Shown: positions 61,914 through 64,000 of the stretch, one piece after another | Position numbering within the stretch: position 1 is the first letter of the stretch | Layout of the letters: each line of letters begins with the position of its first letter | Source: an uncultured delta proteobacterium | GTDB taxonomy: Bacteria; Desulfobacterota; RBG-13-43-22 | Length of the DNA stretch: 64,000 bases | NCBI GenBank assembly: GCA_963711835.1 | Contig: CAVQFQ010000017.1 | Location: 640,001 to 704,000 of the forward strand | Reading direction: 5' to 3' | Position numbers and translations under genes: made by a program | Notes under the pieces: generated by a model | What the model saw: the letters and a program-made list of their open reading frames with translations, nothing else | What the model was told of the DNA's origin: nothing | The model's database searches: none

Positions 61914-64000
61914 CTATTTCCACAAGGAAATGATGATTGGGACAATCAACAAGGCCACTATGTTCATGACCTTGATCATCGGGTTGATGGCCGGACCGGC
62001 GGTATCCTTATAGGGGTCGCCGACGGTATCGCCGGTGACCGAGGCCTTGTGGCCCTCGCTGCCCTTCTTATGCAGGACGCCTTTATCGTCCGTGACGCCG
62101 TCTTCAAAGGATTTCTTGGCGTTGTCCCAGGCGCCGCCGCCGGAGGTCATGGCGATGGCCTGGAAGAGGCCGGTCAGGATGCACCCGATCAGAAGACCGC
62201 CGAGGGCCTTCGGCCCGAGGAACACGCCGACAAGGATAGGCGCCACGATCGGGAGAAGGGCCGGCACCATCATCTCCTTGATGGCCGACTTGGTGACGAT
62301 ATCCACGCACTTGCCGTACTCCGGTTTTCCGGTGCCTTCCATGATGCCTTTGATTTCCCGGAACTGCCTCCGGACCTCTTGGACGACGCCTCCGGCTGCT
62401 CTACCGACCGCCAGCATCAACCGGCTGCCGTAGTAGTAGGGGATCAGCCCGCCGATAAAGAGGCCAGCGATGACCATGGGATCGGAAAGATCGAAGGTGA
62501 CACCGCTCATCCCCTTGGCGAGTTCCCGTGCATATTCTGCAAACAGAACCAGCGCGGCCAGAGCGGCGGAACCGATGGCATAGCCTTTAGTGACTGCCTT
62601 GGTGGTATTGCCGACCGCATCGAGCGGATCGGTAATGGCCCGAACGCTTTCCGGAAGTTCGGCCATCTCGGCGATACCGCCGGCGTTGTCCGTGATCGGT
62701 CCATAAGAGTCGATGGCCACCACGATGCCGGTCATGGAAAGCATCGAAACCGCAGAAAGGGCGATGGCGAAGAGACCGCTGCTCACATTGCCGCTGAATC
62801 CCCCCCCGAGGCCGAATGAACCGAGAATAGCCGCAACGATAACGATGGCCGGAAGGGCCGTCGCTTCCATACTCATGGCCAGGCCGGCGATGACGTTCGT
62901 GCCGTGGCCGGTCAGACTGGCCTTGGCGATGGTCTTCACCGGCCGGAACTTATTGGCCGTATAGTACTCGGTGATCCAGACGATGAGGCCGGTCAGGACC
63001 AGGCCGATTAAGGCCGTGCCGAAGATGCTCGCGGGGGTGAAGCCGCCAGTTTTGTCGCCCAGACCTCCCATGAACCAGACGGTGACGGCATAAAAGGCGA
63101 TGGCCGCCAGCACACCCGAGACGGCCAGGCCCTTATACAGCGCGCCCATGATGTACTGCTTGGCGCCGAGCTTGACGAAGTAGGTGCCGATGATCGAGGC
63201 AATGATCGAAACGCCGCCCAGGAGCAGCGGGAATTCGACCCAGGGACTATCGGCACTGAAAACCGACTTGGCCAGCAGCATGGCGGCCACCAGCGTTACC
63301 GTATAGGTTTCATAGAGGTCGGCTGCCATTCCGGCGCAGTCGCCCACGTTGTCGCCCACGTTGTCGGCGATAACCGCCGGGTTTCTCGGGTCGTCTTCCG
63401 GGATGCCGGCTTCCACCTTGCCGACTAAGTCGGCGCCGACATCGGCCGCCTTGGTGTAGATACCGCCGGCGATCCTGGCGAAGACGCTCATCAGGGAGCA
63501 GCCGAAGCCCAGGCCGATCAGGGCACGAAAGGCCTCCTCTCCGGCAAAAGCCCTGGCAATCGCGAAATATCCGGCCAGCCCGATGATGCCCAGACCGACC
63601 ACCATGATGCCCGTAACTGAACCGCCCTTAAACGACAGGGTCAGCGCGGCCTGGATCCCCTTGGTGGCCGCCTGGGTCGTCCGGACGTTGGCCCGGACCG
63701 TCACCCACATGCCAACAAAGCCGGCAAAGGCCGAGCCGGCCGTCCCGATAATGAAGCCGAGGGACGTCCATGGGCCGAGGGCCGGGACCACGGCAATAAT
63801 AATCAGCAAAATCACGGCCACTATGGCCACGGTCTTATATTCGCGGGCCAGAAAGGCGTAGGCTCCTTCTTTGACCGCATTCGAGATATCCTGCATACGT
63901 TTGGACCCGGCGTCTTGCTTGGACACCCAGGCCGCGGTCACGAGGGCGTACAACACCCCCAAGGCGCCGCAGATAAGCGCAAAGAGTATGATATTGTCCA
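61914..64000 (-). CDS. hppA: Membrane-bound ion-translocating pyrophosphatase; start outside window
   Basis: [36 protein letters not shown]. Confidence 0.97.
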   Translation of the reverse strand, partial: DNIILFALICGALGVLYALVTAAWVSKQDAGSKRMQDISNAVKEGAYAFLAREYKTVAIVAVILLIIIAVVPALGPWTSLGFIIGTAGSAFAGFVGMWVTVRANVRTTQAATKGIQAALTLSFKGGSVTGIMVVGLGIIGLAGYFAIARAFAGEEAFRALIGLGFGCSLMSVFARIAGGIYTKAADVGADLVGKVEAGIPEDDPRNPAVIADNVGDNVGDCAGMAADLYETYTVTLVAAMLLAKSVFSADSPWVEFPLLLGGVSIIASIIGTYFVKLGAKQYIMGALYKGLAVSGVLAAIAFYAVTVWFMGGLGDKTGGFTPASIFGTALIGLVLTGLIVWITEYYTANKFRPVKTIAKASLTGHGTNVIAGLAMSMEATALPAIVIVAAILGSFGLGGGFSGNVSSGLFAIALSAVSMLSMTGIVVAIDSYGPITDNAGGIAEMAELPESVRAITDPLDAVGNTTKAVTKGYAIGSAALAALVLFAEYARELAKGMSGVTFDLSDPMVIAGLFIGGLIPYYYGSRLMLAVGRAAGGVVQEVRRQFREIKGIMEGTGKPEYGKCVDIVTKSAIKEMMVPALLPIVAPILVGVFLGPKALGGLLIGCILTGLFQAIAMTSGGGAWDNAKKSFEDGVTDDKGVLHKKGSEGHKASVTGDTVGDPYKDTAGPAINPMIKVMNIVALLIVPIIISLWK

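Overview
This looks like chromosomal DNA of an anaerobic Desulfobacterota/Deltaproteobacteria-like bacterium (inferred from gene content and order). Most of it is housekeeping: serS, queD, tRNA-Met, ftsH, a MacAB-like exporter, cinA, nth-polX, ileS-lspA-lgt, tol-pal, rpmH-rnpA-yidD-yidC-jag-mnmE-rsmG and hppA. It also holds a glutaryl-CoA dehydrogenase/glutaconyl-CoA decarboxylase module and an accessory stretch (about 35.7-45.4 kb) with an ECF sigma module, an orphan DNA methyltransferase, a restriction-enzyme remnant and a PIN toxin-antitoxin pair. The most interesting signals are not in the ORF track. (1) A small GIY-YIG nuclease gene sits exactly between inverted CGTCATTCCCGC REP-like palindromes, next to a gene-less REP doublet. 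(2) A family of four ~180-235 bp long-hairpin repeats has covarying arms, and one copy is nested in a MITE-like unit with 17-bp TIRs and an 8-bp target duplication. (3) A DUF1573-like exported protein is interrupted by an in-frame TGA in a U-G-C motif with a SECIS-like hairpin (candidate selenoprotein). (4) A Phe-rich leader peptide with attenuator geometry precedes an uncharacterised GNAT gene. (5) A GcvH-like protein lacks the lipoyl-lysine and lies next to a sirtuin. Six genes each carry a single apparent +1 insertion, most likely assembly errors. All calls were made by eye and no searches were run.
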